Positions 38,789 to 50,491 of a DNA stretch of 64,000 nucleotides are shown here, piece after piece (within the stretch, counting starts at the first letter, position 1; every line of letters starts with the position of its first letter). The position numbers and the translations under genes are program-made. The DNA lies in the IMG/VR virus record IMGVR_UViG_3300027704_000008, positions 74,623-138,622 of that record; one strand, given 5' to 3'. Source of the stretch: a virus. The notes under the pieces are model-generated. The model had not been told where the DNA came from. It did not search any database and saw nothing but the letters and a program-made list of their open reading frames with translations.

Positions 38789-40691
38789 AACATAGTAAGA
38801 ATTATCAAAGATGCAGACGCTGCCCCTTTCGAGAAGTTGATGTTGATCGTGATTAGCGTAAACGCTGTTGCCCTTGTCGCCTGTGTTGCCCTTATGCTCT
38901 CGTGGGTGATATAATGGAAAAGCAAAAAGTATCTAAAGTCTACATTGTCATGGGTCGCGATGAATATGGTTCATACCAGTCTTCTGTTGGGGAGTGGAGT
39001 ATCGTTGAAGTCGCTGACAACGAAGTAGCAGGAATGCTGTTGGTTAAAAAATTGAAGGAAGACGATGAATACAGTAGTTATAAACTGGTCGAGAAGGTCG
39101 TCGCAATTGTATTGGGAGCATCATAATGGACACAATCGAGAAGTGCTTTGTAGGCGCGTTTGCCTGTATCTTCGCCCTGATCATCGCTGTGGTATGTAAT
39201 GCCCTGATGGATGGTCCAGACCCCTCTCTTCCTCCAGCGGACGTCCTCGAGTCGGTAGTCGTCGAGGGAAGTAGTGGAGCAGGGGATGTCACGGTCCAGT
39301 TAGTCGAGATGTCTGATGGCACGACCTGTGCTGTCCTGATCGGATACAAGAAGTCTGGCATCGACTGTAACTTTCGATAGGGGAATAGGGAATATGGGAA
39401 ACCGATACGGCAGCAAGAAGAGCACCATGATACTGGTTCCGTTACATAGCGCAGGATGCTTTGTTGACATCTTGACCAACATCACCTATCCTATGATGGG
39501 AAACGGCAAACCTGACCTCTGCTATCACGCGAGCTTACACGTTGATGACTGTTGCTCAGAGTGGGTTGAAGATCTTGAAGATGGTGAGAAAATGACCATC
39601 GGAATATACTAAGAACAACTGTCCCACTAATCAATGTGAGGGAAAGGATAGATGATTATGGAAAGCGATATGACACAACAAGACGAAGCCAACAAGCTGT
39701 TTGACACCCTGCGGGAGAATGGGGAGCATAATATGTTTGGCGTTGCACCGATAGCCGAACAAGTGTTTGGTGTATCAGCCCGCCAGGCAAGAGGATTGCT
39801 TGCTGAATGGATGGAGACCTTTGAAGCTAGGAATAGCGCATGAACCAGAGAATAGAGGATCTCACGTTGGGTGTGGAGTTGTCGAAGGAACGTCTCTCGA
39901 AGAGGAATGAGGAACTTATCTTGGCACAGAAAGAGGTCGATCTCGAGATGGAACGACTCGAGGCAATCGAAGAGTCCTTGAAGTGGATGGAGAATAAGCG
40001 ATGGCATCACCCAGCGAGAATGGAATTCTCGCCTCGATGATGTACCTGATCCCAAATGAGCAATGAGAAACAGAAGGAGTGTGTATAATGGACGGATTAT
40101 CTGATCAGATGTTTCGAAACATGCGTATGGCATCTCTGGTGGACTCCATAGAGAAGTCACTCAGTGAGGAAGTAGATCTCTTGGAAGAGATCGAGGCACT
40201 GGAGAAGAAGAACTACTCTGTGATGGAACTCGAGCGTGGGAAGAGAGAAGCGTTCAAGGAAGAGTTGAGTCGCTTGGCATGGGAGAGTGATAAGGGGTGT
40301 TGACTTTACTTGAACCAGGCTGTATAATATCCCCATTGAATTGAGGAGAAAGATATGAAGAAGATTAAAGAACTGTGGTTTGACTTGAAATACCACGTGT
40401 TTACCGCTGCTATGTTAGCACTATTCCTTCTGTTCCTGTGGGCAGGGTATGTGAGTTATTGAGGAGAAATATATGAAAGTATCCAACGTCAGATCTATTA
40501 AAGAACTGCAAGCAATGAAGGCGAATGCTCTTGCTGCATATCATGCATATGCTGGCCAGTGCGATGAACGTATCGAAGAAATTCGAAATGATCGAGGACA
40601 GGAACTCAAAGCACCCGAATACAGTCCGTATTATGAACAGGGTCGAACCCGCGCACGTAGCAACCCCTACACACTCGAAGGAGATATGCAG

Positions 40692-40827
40692 TAACCCATT
40701 GATTCTACAGGGGAAGTGAGATAGTTACGTAACTATGCGGGTGCCTGGAAATGACCTGTTGTCTTTAGGACAACAAAGCCGTATAATATCTTCATTGAAT
40801 CGATAAACCAAGAGAGAAGATATTATG
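40692..40827 (+). promoter_or_regulatory. early promoter cassette copy 5
   Basis: TAACCCATTGATT; 16-bp palindrome ATAGTTACGTAACTAT 40721-40736; TTGTCT-17-TATAAT. Confidence 0.88.
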
Positions 40828-42124
40828 AAAGAGTCAACCGCAGACAAGATGAGCCGAGCATACCGGCTGGGCGCTGACGACGCTAACGCCGTATCCGCAA
40901 AAGAGATTGCAGCCCTGAAACAACAGGTCAAAGACCTGGAACAGATGGTCAAGCGCGGAGGTAAGTTATAATGGACATGCTACAAAAGACCAAGTATGAT
41001 ATCGGAGATGAGTTGTACCTCATCGAGTATGATACGTATGCATTTGTCACTGACATTGCTCTTGCCCGTAACAAAAACGAAAAGGCAGAGTATGCTGTTA
41101 TGCAGAGTCGTAAACAGAAAGTGTTGAACGATGATGTTAACCGTCCGAAAAGTGCATGGTACTCAGAGAGTGAAGTGCAGCCTGTATCAAAGCAACGTCT
41201 ATTGGATAATCATTTCGCTCGGATGTATGATGCTGAGTTGAAAACGGAATTTGGTTACTACTCCCGCAACCGGCCTCAGGAAAAGATAGGAGAAGTATAA
41301 TGGCTGAACAATTATATAAACTGCTTGAAGGAGAATCCAACGGAGACTATGGTTCGCGATGCGAATTCTCTGTAGTTGGATATGTCAATGTCAAGGACTT
41401 TGATGCTGAAGATTGGAAGAAGAATGTTCCAAACGGATTCGTGGAACGCAAGTATAGCATGGTGGAGAAAGTTGCCGTTGAAGGTATCCCCGGTGCTTGG
41501 AACTATGAAGAGGAACTCATTGAAAGCGCGAGCTTCCTTGAGTTGTTCGAAGAGAATCCCTTCAGATGAGTATTTCTTCGAGGAGGAATTATAATGGAAT
41601 GGAATGACATTGAAGACATCAAACCACCAGAAGGACAGAAGGTGGTGTTCTATTACAAAGAGAGCGAATATTCTCGCAATTGGATCTCTTTCCATGGTGT
41701 GTATGAAGGAAATAGATGGAAGCGCGAGATCCAACACCACGATGGTTGTTTGTGGGCAATGCCCCCAGTCTTTGAGAAGATGTCTGATGAGGGTGCAGCA
41801 GATCAAAAGCGAAGACTTGCGAAAGAGATTAACGCGCAAGAGAACGAAGTCAAGCAGCAGCGTCAGGAACTCGAAGAACTGAAGCAAGAGAATGAAGAGC
41901 TTCAATCCCTTTTACTGCAATCGCGGGAAATGCAGCATGCATACAAAAACATTGCTGCGATAAACGCCGAAGTAATTGACTCCCTAACAAGTAATCCTCG
42001 GAGGTAATGATGATGGATCAAGTTGCGATTAACGTCACCATTATACTCGGCGCAATCTGTTTGTGGATGTTGGTATTACCAACGTTGCATACGTGGGGAT
42101 TATAGTGATGATGCGCCGCGCGCG

Positions 42125-42261
42125 TAACCTGTTGATATCTAAGGGAAACTGAGAAAGTTACGTAACTATGCGGGATCGGGTGAAATCAGTCGTTGTCATA
42201 TATACAAACATAGTGGATAATGTCCCTATCAAATCGAGAAATGAGAAGGAAGTACATAATG
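42125..42261 (+). promoter_or_regulatory. early promoter cassette copy 6
   Basis: TAACCTGTTGATA; AGTTACGTAACT 42156-42167; TTGTCA-17-GATAAT. Confidence 0.85.
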
Positions 42262-42606
42262 GAACGTGAATATAAAATGATCAACACTATCGATGACGGC
42301 GCTGCTGTTGTAGCGAAAGACTTCATCAGCAAGTATCGCTCTAGCAAGAAGCCTGCATTGTCTGATGATGCGATTGCTGAGATTGGTACTCAGATCGTTA
42401 AGAGGGCCAGGATCCAAAAGCCTGCTGTTGCCAAGAAGAGTCCTACTGCTTCTAAGAAGTCACAGGCTCGTGCGTTGTTCGTTGCTAAGCATACTGCTGC
42501 TGAGGTTGCTAGCATCCTTGAGATTACTTACGCTAATGCTCATTATCACTTACGAGCTTTTCGTAAGGCTGGTGGTGATATTGGCTTTCCGATTGGAGGA
42601 ATATAA
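42259..42606 (+). CDS. basic protein with C-terminal HTH
   Basis: AAEVASILEITYANAHYH. Confidence 0.7.
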   Translation: MEREYKMINTIDDGAAVVAKDFISKYRSSKKPALSDDAIAEIGTQIVKRARIQKPAVAKKSPTASKKSQARALFVAKHTAAEVASILEITYANAHYHLRAFRKAGGDIGFPIGGI

Positions 42607-43049
42607 TGATTGAATATTTTGTGTGTGAGAATCGCGTACGTGGTGGCAAGGTGGTTCAAGTGTGTGTGCCTGAGGCTAAGTATAACTCTACCATGGATGT
42701 GTTTCGAAACTGCGTGACAATGGATGAATCGGCGTGGGTGCGCAAGCAGATCGAGGAACATAAGATTGATGCTCAGACAGCAGCTGATAGTGTTATCTAT
42801 ATGGAGAAGCCGTTTCCTGTAAAGACGGTTGGTGATGTTATCGAGGCTAAAGTAAAAGCTAAGTCATCCAAGGCTGCTAAGAAGAAAGCGAAGTCTTCTC
42901 TCAAGAAAGATGTGTTAGCGTACTTGGACAAGTTGGATTATCTCGCTGTTAATAATAACGCGGCGATGGTTAATATGGTATCGGATGAGTTCAGCATTAC
43001 TAAGGCTAATGCACGTTACTATATTACGAGGGTGTGGAAAGGAGTATAG
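42606..43049 (+). CDS. basic protein with C-terminal HTH-like motif
   Basis: SDEFSITKANARYY. Confidence 0.6.
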   Translation: MIEYFVCENRVRGGKVVQVCVPEAKYNSTMDVFRNCVTMDESAWVRKQIEEHKIDAQTAADSVIYMEKPFPVKTVGDVIEAKVKAKSSKAAKKKAKSSLKKDVLAYLDKLDYLAVNNNAAMVNMVSDEFSITKANARYYITRVWKGV

Positions 43050-43245
43050 AGATGAATATGGAAGAAGCGATTGCGTTGGGTGTAGATCTGGACTGTGTCA
43101 AGACTCCAACAGAAGAAGAGAATGCGTTACGTGAATTCCTTCAGCTACGTAAGAAGTATGGTGCGTTTGAGGATGACCGCAGAGTGGTTAACCGTATCGC
43201 TGAAATCGTAGACAGGTTGTAACGTACCAGAGAATGGAGGTTGCT

Positions 43246-43719
43246 ATGGAAACATTTAAAATTGGTATAACAGGAACGCGGAATGGTATGAATGTCGATC
43301 AACTCGAATCATTCCAAGAACGTATGAAGACCATATACGACATCAGCAGCGAGCGACATCCAGGCGTACGCCGCCGACCAATAGAATTACATCATGGTGA
43401 TTGTGTTGGTGTTGACGTAGAGACAGCACAGATAGCAACAGGGTTGGGCATCAAAACGGTATGTCATCCTCCAGTTGACCAGAGACTCCGCGCACACCAC
43501 AAGAGTGATGTTATACTGGAACAGAAAACCCACTTTGCCCGTAACAGGGACATCGTAGACAGTGTTGATATTCTTTTTGTTTTGCCTTTGCAAGACAAGT
43601 GGCAGAGTCGTGGCGGCACATGGTACACGCATGACTACGCCAAGAAGAAAGGTGTGCCATTCGAAATATTCTTCCCAATGTCGAGCATTATAGAACAATT
43701 AATGAAGCAAGGTAGATAA
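43246..43719 (+). CDS. SLOG/YspA-like Rossmann-fold protein
   Basis: IGITGTR, HHGDC.GVD, RN..IVD, GGTW.T..YA. Confidence 0.75.
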   Translation: METFKIGITGTRNGMNVDQLESFQERMKTIYDISSERHPGVRRRPIELHHGDCVGVDVETAQIATGLGIKTVCHPPVDQRLRAHHKSDVILEQKTHFARNRDIVDSVDILFVLPLQDKWQSRGGTWYTHDYAKKKGVPFEIFFPMSSIIEQLMKQGR

Positions 43720-44207
43720 ATGATCAAGAAGCAGTTTGTGCGAGTGTTCGGCGGAATCAATGGAGATGTTGATGCTGAAGGTCATCTGGTTGATAATGGC
43801 GCACACGATACATGGGTGTTTTGGTCATACGCCGGGGTTGCTGTATACACGTTTGTGGAAGCAGTGCCTAACACCAACGGCAAGTACACATCATTCTTCT
43901 TTGATCTGGACTTGTTGCAGTTTGAAGCATTGGACAATGCACCATCCGCGCCCCATGGATACAGGCGACCCAGGCAATTTGAATCCACTACGTTGTAGTT
44001 GTAATAAATAGACCGGAGTATTATAATTATGTCTGCTACTTTGCTATGCGCTATGTTAATTAATCAAGTGCTGTTCGGACCATTGCAACATATACCAATG
44101 GATTCAATATCTACTTGCTCTAGTACCCAATGCGTAATATACTGGGTGGAAAAGGATGAGTGTGAGACTGTAGCGGTCAATAAACAAACTAGAATTAGGA
44201 GAGATTA

Positions 44208-45278
44208 ATGAGTATATTTGACAGCGGAGGCTTGAAATATGAAACGGTTAACGGACAAGAAGTAACTGCATTGGGATTGGCTACAGGCAGTAGTGCCACT
44301 ACCGTATCCATGCCTGCCACAGCGCCGCGGGATGGAACGACATATAGCGTCACACGCATTGCTGATGGCGCTTTCCGTTATAAAGGAATCACTAGTGTGA
44401 ATATCGGCAGCCGAGTTACCACCATTGGCAATTCAGCTTTTGCTTATAACGCCATCACTAGCGTTACAATTGACAATAGCGTTACTACGATTGGAGATGA
44501 GGCTTTTAGACATAACGCCATCACCAGCTTGACTATAGGAACTGGTGTGAAAACTATCGGGGGTAATGCTTTCGGTAACAACCTCCTTACCAACGTAACC
44601 ATTCCAGGCAACGTTACAACCATTGGAGCAGTTGCTTTTCGATACAACTTACTGACCGCCGCGACTATACAAAACGGTGTTACAACTATTGGTGTGGGTG
44701 CTTTTCAAAACAATCTGCTGACCAGCGTTAGTATTCCAAGTAGCGTTACCAGTATTGGGGGTGAGGCTTTCCGCTCCAACCGCCTCACCAGTGTGTCTAT
44801 TCCAAGTAGCGTGACAGACATTGGAGTGGGTGCTTTTCGAAGCAACCTGCTCACTAGTGTTTCTATTCCAAACAGCGTGACGACCATTGGAGGGTCTGCT
44901 TTTGCTGACAACATCACCGACAGTGACATCAACACCCTCATCAGTGTAACTATTGGAAACGGCGTGACAACCATTGGGTCTGGTGCCTTTGCGCGCAACG
45001 CGATCACCGGCGTGACAATTCCAAACAGCGTTACTGCGATTGAGTTTGGTGCTTTCAGTAATAACCGCCTGTCTAGTGTGACCATTGGAAATAGCGTCAC
45101 AACAATTGGTGGGGGTGCTTTCCGACGTAACTTACTGACCGGCGTGACTATTCCTACCAGCGTCACTAGTATTGGAGAGGGTGCTTTCCGAGACAATCAG
45201 ATCGGTGGCACCGGCGTTAATATTCCAAGTAGCGTTACGTCTCTTGGTGAGTATGCTTTTGCTGATAGCGACGAGTAG
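44208..45278 (+). CDS. BspA-type leucine-rich repeat (LRR_5) protein
   Basis: about 13 22-aa repeats N.LTSVTIP.SVT.IG..AF. Confidence 0.93.
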   Translation: MSIFDSGGLKYETVNGQEVTALGLATGSSATTVSMPATAPRDGTTYSVTRIADGAFRYKGITSVNIGSRVTTIGNSAFAYNAITSVTIDNSVTTIGDEAFRHNAITSLTIGTGVKTIGGNAFGNNLLTNVTIPGNVTTIGAVAFRYNLLTAATIQNGVTTIGVGAFQNNLLTSVSIPSSVTSIGGEAFRSNRLTSVSIPSSVTDIGVGAFRSNLLTSVSIPNSVTTIGGSAFADNITDSDINTLISVTIGNGVTTIGSGAFARNAITGVTIPNSVTAIEFGAFSNNRLSSVTIGNSVTTIGGGAFRRNLLTGVTIPTSVTSIGEGAFRDNQIGGTGVNIPSSVTSLGEYAFADSDE

Positions 45279-46482
45279 GTTTTGTACCTATGATGTTTTG
45301 GAAAATGTGGGCAAAAGCCCTTGGCGAAAAGGTTGGCGGATCTGATCACGAGGCAGATAAGATAGCGTGGATCAGAACCTTCTTAATCACCCAGGCTATA
45401 GTAACCAATATGTTTATCATAGCTAACTGCATACGTCATTGGGGGTATATATGAAGCTGGTTTTGAACTTGAACTTACAGCAGATAAACGACTTGTCTGA
45501 GTGCTTGCTAGCACATGAATTTATGATAGCCGATGACCGTGACACATACGGTGCATTGTATCCTATATTTGTGGCGTTACACGATCGTGACCCGATGCTG
45601 TTTTCTGAAGATGATTTGGCCAGGAACATGGTGCCGGCAGAAATATGGAAAAAATAATGAAGTATAATTTTGAGGGGGAGAATATAGATGAATGATTTAA
45701 ACAATGGAATATGGATTCTTCAAGAGCGATTTCAATCGCTGAGTGCCTGGGAGACATATGGAGTGATGGATGGAAAGGATATATCCGAAGGCGGCGCTTC
45801 ACATTGGATAGACGAACGACCCAATGCCCGTAGGATAGCGTGGGTTCCATTAATACAGAGCCCAGCGTGTCCTCGGCATACACAGGCTTCTAGAGACCGC
45901 GGAATGTTATCAGCATCACAATATTACGCTAACTTATAAGGGGAAATATAATGGTATTATTGAGCGTTGGATTGCTTATTATTGCTGTGATCATCATAGC
46001 GGTTGCTGTATCATTCAGGAACGTTAATACCCACCATGATCGGTGTTGAGCCGATGAAGTATCCTACCAACAATGCCCAGAGGCTTGAGGCAATGATGAG
46101 TGAGTCCCCTGAACCGGCCCCACAAATAATTGTTGAGGTCAAGGTTACCTCAATACGGAAACACAAGCTGCACACCGATGAGGAATGTATTACATTCGAT
46201 GGTCAATGGGCAGCACACAACGCTCATAGCTGGTTGGACAATAAAAAGTGTGTATGGGGCCACGAGATTGTGGCGTATGAAATATTCACCCAATCCCAAG
46301 CAGGGCACTTGAACCAGATCAATTACTTTGAATTGTGCTGGGAGATGCGATACGCCAAAGAGGCGCAATTGAGGCGTATCGGCACCTGATCAAGGTGTAT
46401 CAAAAAAAGTTATAAGAATCCCATGTCTTATGCCAAAATACTCTAAGAAAGATCAATTATTTCACCATATTGCCCCTTGCAA

Positions 46483-46552
46483 ATCAAGGGGTTACAAACC
46501 CGCGCGTCCCGTGGTCTTCAAGCTAGCACATTTCCAGGATCTGGTGTATAAT
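46483..46552 (+). repeat. 70-bp promoter repeat type II, copy 1
   Basis: 68/70 identical to 51600-51669; inverted IHF-like site, ends in TATAAT. Confidence 0.9.
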
Positions 46553-47010
46553 ACCCTCATTGAATAGAGAAACCAAGAGAGATCGGATGAAGAATGTGAT
46601 TGAGTTGAAGAGAGAGTTTGAAGCATGTGTGGTCAAGCAGCAGGCAGATATGCAAGTACAAGTTGATGCAATTGACCAGTGGTGGCTGTTACAAGAGTCG
46701 CAACAAGACATGCTAGCTGACGCTATGTTACGTAAGCAGGTTAAACTCGATCAGCTGATCGATATGTCACAGCAGATGGTCGATGAAGGGATCTCGGCCT
46801 TCCCAGAGTTCGAGAAGGAGATCGCGGAGTTGGAGATTGAGATTGAAATGATAGGAAACCGAATTATATGATGTATTTTTGCCAAGAGTGTGATACTCGC
46901 AAGAACAGCGATTTTGATGTCGCTACTTTCACCCCAGACGATAAGCCGGTGTGTTCCGAATGCTGGTACGAGAATCTGGAGTCTGAACAGGAACAGGAGC
47001 AGTCTGCTTA

Positions 47011-47592
47011 ATGGAACAGTTTACACAACAAGTGGCTTTAATGCCCAACAATGATAGACGATACTGTGTTCCAGTGGCCCTCGCCATCGTGTCTGACAAG
47101 TCGGCAGCCGACATCAGCGCTGATATGATTGGCAAGGGTATCCGTAAACCTCGCCAGGGAGTGTATGAAAGCAATTGGGCCGCATACGCCAAACAGACAT
47201 TGGGTCTGACCCTCAATCCTGTCACACAGGAAGTTAGACGAGCTGGTGGCAAGACTGTCCGCTCAGTCGAGAGGGTGCTCAACCCCAGTTACAAATACTT
47301 GATCGTTGTCCGTGGACACGTTTTGGCATATAGCGATGGCAAGATACAAGATTGGAGTGCCATGCGTAAGAATAGGCTACAGACAGTTTACCAGGTTATG
47401 TGTGGATCCGAAGTAGACTCGAGTGAACCGATAATTCCCAAGGTAAAAAATGTGCGGGGCACCCTCAAGCAAGATTGCTTTATTCGGTTCTCATCAAACA
47501 CATCTGTAGCCGATGTAGCAAAACGAGTTGGTATCACATACGCTAATGCACATTATTATTACCGGTGCTGGAAAAAGGAGAACGATCAATGA
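47011..47592 (+). CDS. papain-like Cys/His domain + C-terminal HTH
   Basis: D..YC.P.ALA, GH......G...DW; VADVAKRVGITYANAHYY. Confidence 0.55.
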   Translation: MEQFTQQVALMPNNDRRYCVPVALAIVSDKSAADISADMIGKGIRKPRQGVYESNWAAYAKQTLGLTLNPVTQEVRRAGGKTVRSVERVLNPSYKYLIVVRGHVLAYSDGKIQDWSAMRKNRLQTVYQVMCGSEVDSSEPIIPKVKNVRGTLKQDCFIRFSSNTSVADVAKRVGITYANAHYYYRCWKKENDQ

Positions 47593-48182
47593 GCAGCAAT
47601 GAAGATGTGTCCAAGCGAGTGGGATACGGCCTGAGAGAAGTAGACCCAAAGAATACTCCCGACATGCTGAAATGGTTAGAGAAGGCAGCCGGTACTATGA
47701 TGAGTGTTGGGCAGGGGCCCGAGGCATCAATACTTCTGGCGTGTTATAAACATATCGAACGGCAGCAGAAAGAAATCGACGAATTAACGAGGGGAAATAA
47801 TGATTAGGTGTACATTTATATTGATGGGGTACACCATACTTGCATATGTATCATGCGATCCATTTGCACCGATACAGATGATTGCGAATAATATATCTGA
47901 TCCTGCGGCGCTGTTTGTTATGTTACTCATTATTGTAGCATATTTAATAATCCCGTTGATCGTAGCATACGGTTTGGTGGCTTTGTTCCTAGGAAGGTTC
48001 ACACCGCATTTCTGGTTGATCTTCTCAGCGGCCACGTTGGTATATACCGCTGCAGGACAGTGTGGATGAAAATAACGAAATGGTTTGTTGCCTTCTACAT
48101 CGAATGTAGGGATAATGGGCCCATAAGTGAGCGAAGAAGTGTTCACTTCAACATTAACTAAAACTGAAAGAGTATTTTGATT

Positions 48183-49133
48183 ATGGCACATGAAGTAGAA
48201 ACAATGGCTTACGCAGGACAGGTCCCTTGGCATGGTTTGGGAGTATCTGTTGCTAACGATCTTTCCCCAGCTCAGATGATGGATAAGGCTGGCTTAGATT
48301 GGTCTGTCGATGAAGTAGAATCATTTATTGACTACAAGGGCGAAGTTATTCCAACAGGCCAGAAGTCGCTGGTCCGTTCTTCGGATAACAAGATCCTCAC
48401 CAATGTGGGTGAAGGTTGGAATCCTGTACAGAACCATGAAGCGTTCGAGTTCTTCCATGAGTACTGCCTCGCTGGTGACATGGAAATGCATACAGCTGGT
48501 TCTCTGGACGGTGGTAGGCGTGTATGGGCTCTTGCCAAGGTCAACGAGTCGTTTGACATCCTGGATGGCGATCAGGTGGACAGCTATCTATTGTTCTCCA
48601 ATCCTCACAAGTATGGCTGCGCCATTGACGTTCGGTTCACTCCGATCCGAGTTGTGTGTAACAACACCTTGACCTTATCTTTGGCATCTAACAGCAAGAA
48701 CCAGGTCAAGTTGAATCACCGCACTAAGTTCGATGCGGATACGGTCAAGACTACGTTGGGTATTGCTCACGACAAGTTTGCCCAGTATAAAGACATGGCC
48801 GACTTCCTTGGTGGCAAGCGATTCACTCAGGATACATTGGTTGAGTATTACAACACTGTATTTCCTCATACTTACCGCAAGGACGTCGAGGTTAAGTCTG
48901 CTGACGATTTGACCAAGAATGGTAAGGCCGCAATGGCTGTCCTAAACACTCAGCCTGGCGCCCACTTCGGCGAAGGTTCATGGTGGCAGGCGCTTAACAG
49001 CATCACCTACCTCACGGATCACCAGATGGGTCGTTCTCAAGACTCTCGCCTCAACAGCGCCTGGTTCGGACAGAACCAAGCTCGTAAGGTGAAAGCAATC
49101 AACAGCGCCGTTGTATTCGCTAACGCCGCTTAA
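48183..49133 (+). CDS. DUF932/DUF945 family phage protein
   Basis: PWHGLG, AGLDW.V, VQN.EAF, TAGSL.GG, TPIRVVC.NT, H. Confidence 0.88.
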   Translation: MAHEVETMAYAGQVPWHGLGVSVANDLSPAQMMDKAGLDWSVDEVESFIDYKGEVIPTGQKSLVRSSDNKILTNVGEGWNPVQNHEAFEFFHEYCLAGDMEMHTAGSLDGGRRVWALAKVNESFDILDGDQVDSYLLFSNPHKYGCAIDVRFTPIRVVCNNTLTLSLASNSKNQVKLNHRTKFDADTVKTTLGIAHDKFAQYKDMADFLGGKRFTQDTLVEYYNTVFPHTYRKDVEVKSADDLTKNGKAAMAVLNTQPGAHFGEGSWWQALNSITYLTDHQMGRSQDSRLNSAWFGQNQARKVKAINSAVVFANAA

Positions 49134-49148
49134 TAATACATCCAGGTT

Positions 49149-49170
49149 GCCCCTACGGGGGCTTTTTTTT
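49149..49170 (+). terminator. intrinsic terminator
   Basis: GCCCC-TACG-GGGGC + T8. Confidence 0.92.
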
Positions 49171-49327
49171 GGTGAGATTGGAGAATGAAGATATATGATG
49201 TATGATGATTTTTGGAGCCTGACATACCTGGCTTCTTTACACTCAGGTAAGCCTGTATCGGAAGCACGTAAGATTGCTGATGCTGCTTTGCGGGATTTCA
49301 AGAAGAGGGTAGCAGCTGGAGATTTCA

Positions 49328-50491
49328 ATGAACAGGTTTGAGACGCTATACAAATATGATAGTAAGCAGCGCCAACGTGAGTGGGGGGTGTTTACTGAGG
49401 GTCCAAGAGTTACGGTTATACATGGTTTGGTCCTTGGCAAGAAAACTGTTAAGCGTACTATCAGCAAAGCTAAGAACACAGGTAAGGCAAACGCTACCAC
49501 AGCTGAAGAGCAGGCCATTAAGGATGCTCAGTCAAAGTGGAACGCTCAGGTTCTTCGCGACGATTATAACGTTGACATAGAGAAGTCAGGCCGCCAGATG
49601 CGCCCAATGCTTGCTCTCGATTATAAGAATGTTCCCCATCGAGTTGAATGGAGCATGCCGACATTGCTTCAGGCAAAGCTGGACGGTTTGCGTTTGACTA
49701 CCGGACAACGTGATGTGGGTGATAGAGAATATGATCCATCGCAGCCTATCGAGATGTTGAGCCGCAAGGGTGAGACATATGAGTTACCTCATCTAACAAA
49801 GCACTGTGGTGAGCTGCTTGCACACATCAACGATAAGTATGCCAACTGTCTTGCCCTGGATGGTGAGGTTTATATCCACGGCATGCCACTTGGACAGATA
49901 GTATCCAGGGCCCGTAAGTATCAACAAGGGGTGACAGAGGAGCTGGAGTATTACATATTTGACTTGGTGATACCTGGTATGGGATTTGGTGAACGATCAG
50001 AGATACTTTTGAAGGCAATGCAGGATTTGAATTCTCAGTACCCATTCACTCTTGTTACCACTTGCCCTTGCACCTCCGAACAGGACATGAAGGAATACCA
50101 CGCCCAATATATTGGGGAGGGTTACGAAGGTGTTATGATCCGGCCGGCCGATGGTCCATATACGATAGGCAATCGAAGCGATTATCTGTTTAAGTATAAA
50201 GAGTTCTTTGACAAGGAATGTAAGATTGTTGGCATGCAAGAGGACGCTAACGGTAACGCAGTGCTGACGTGCTTGTGGAATTCAACGGATCCAACTTCTG
50301 AGTTCCGCTGCACACCCAAGCGTACTCATAGTGAACGAGCGGCGATGTTACTGGACTCTACCTTGGTCGGAAAGTGGATCACAGTCAAGTACCAAGATGT
50401 ATCATACGCAACTCACTCTGGTGGTCTTCCGACTTTTAACACTGGCCTGGATATCAGGGAATGTGATGATAACGGAGAGCCTATTGTATGA
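49328..50491 (+). CDS. ATP-dependent DNA ligase with N-terminal extension
   Basis: PMLA, KLDG.R, LDGE, FD, EG.M.R, K.K, OB-fold C-terminus. Confidence 0.9.
   Translation: MNRFETLYKYDSKQRQREWGVFTEGPRVTVIHGLVLGKKTVKRTISKAKNTGKANATTAEEQAIKDAQSKWNAQVLRDDYNVDIEKSGRQMRPMLALDYKNVPHRVEWSMPTLLQAKLDGLRLTTGQRDVGDREYDPSQPIEMLSRKGETYELPHLTKHCGELLAHINDKYANCLALDGEVYIHGMPLGQIVSRARKYQQGVTEELEYYIFDLVIPGMGFGERSEILLKAMQDLNSQYPFTLVTTCPCTSEQDMKEYHAQYIGEGYEGVMIRPADGPYTIGNRSDYLFKYKEFFDKECKIVGMQEDANGNAVLTCLWNSTDPTSEFRCTPKRTHSERAAMLLDSTLVGKWITVKYQDVSYATHSGGLPTFNTGLDIRECDDNGEPIV

Larger units (their letters stand above)
35365..46871 (+). other. hypervariable early region: roughly 35-40 small + strand hypothetical ORFs
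   Basis: dense short ORFs with GGAG/GAGA RBSs and coupled start/stops, several paralog pairs, repeated promoters. Confidence 0.75.

Noticed and set aside
35237-42261. CRISPR or integron attC array interpretation of the intergenic repeats
   Set aside because: Repeats contain clear -35/-10 boxes and RBSs, lack extended attC dyad structure, and no integrase or cas gene is present
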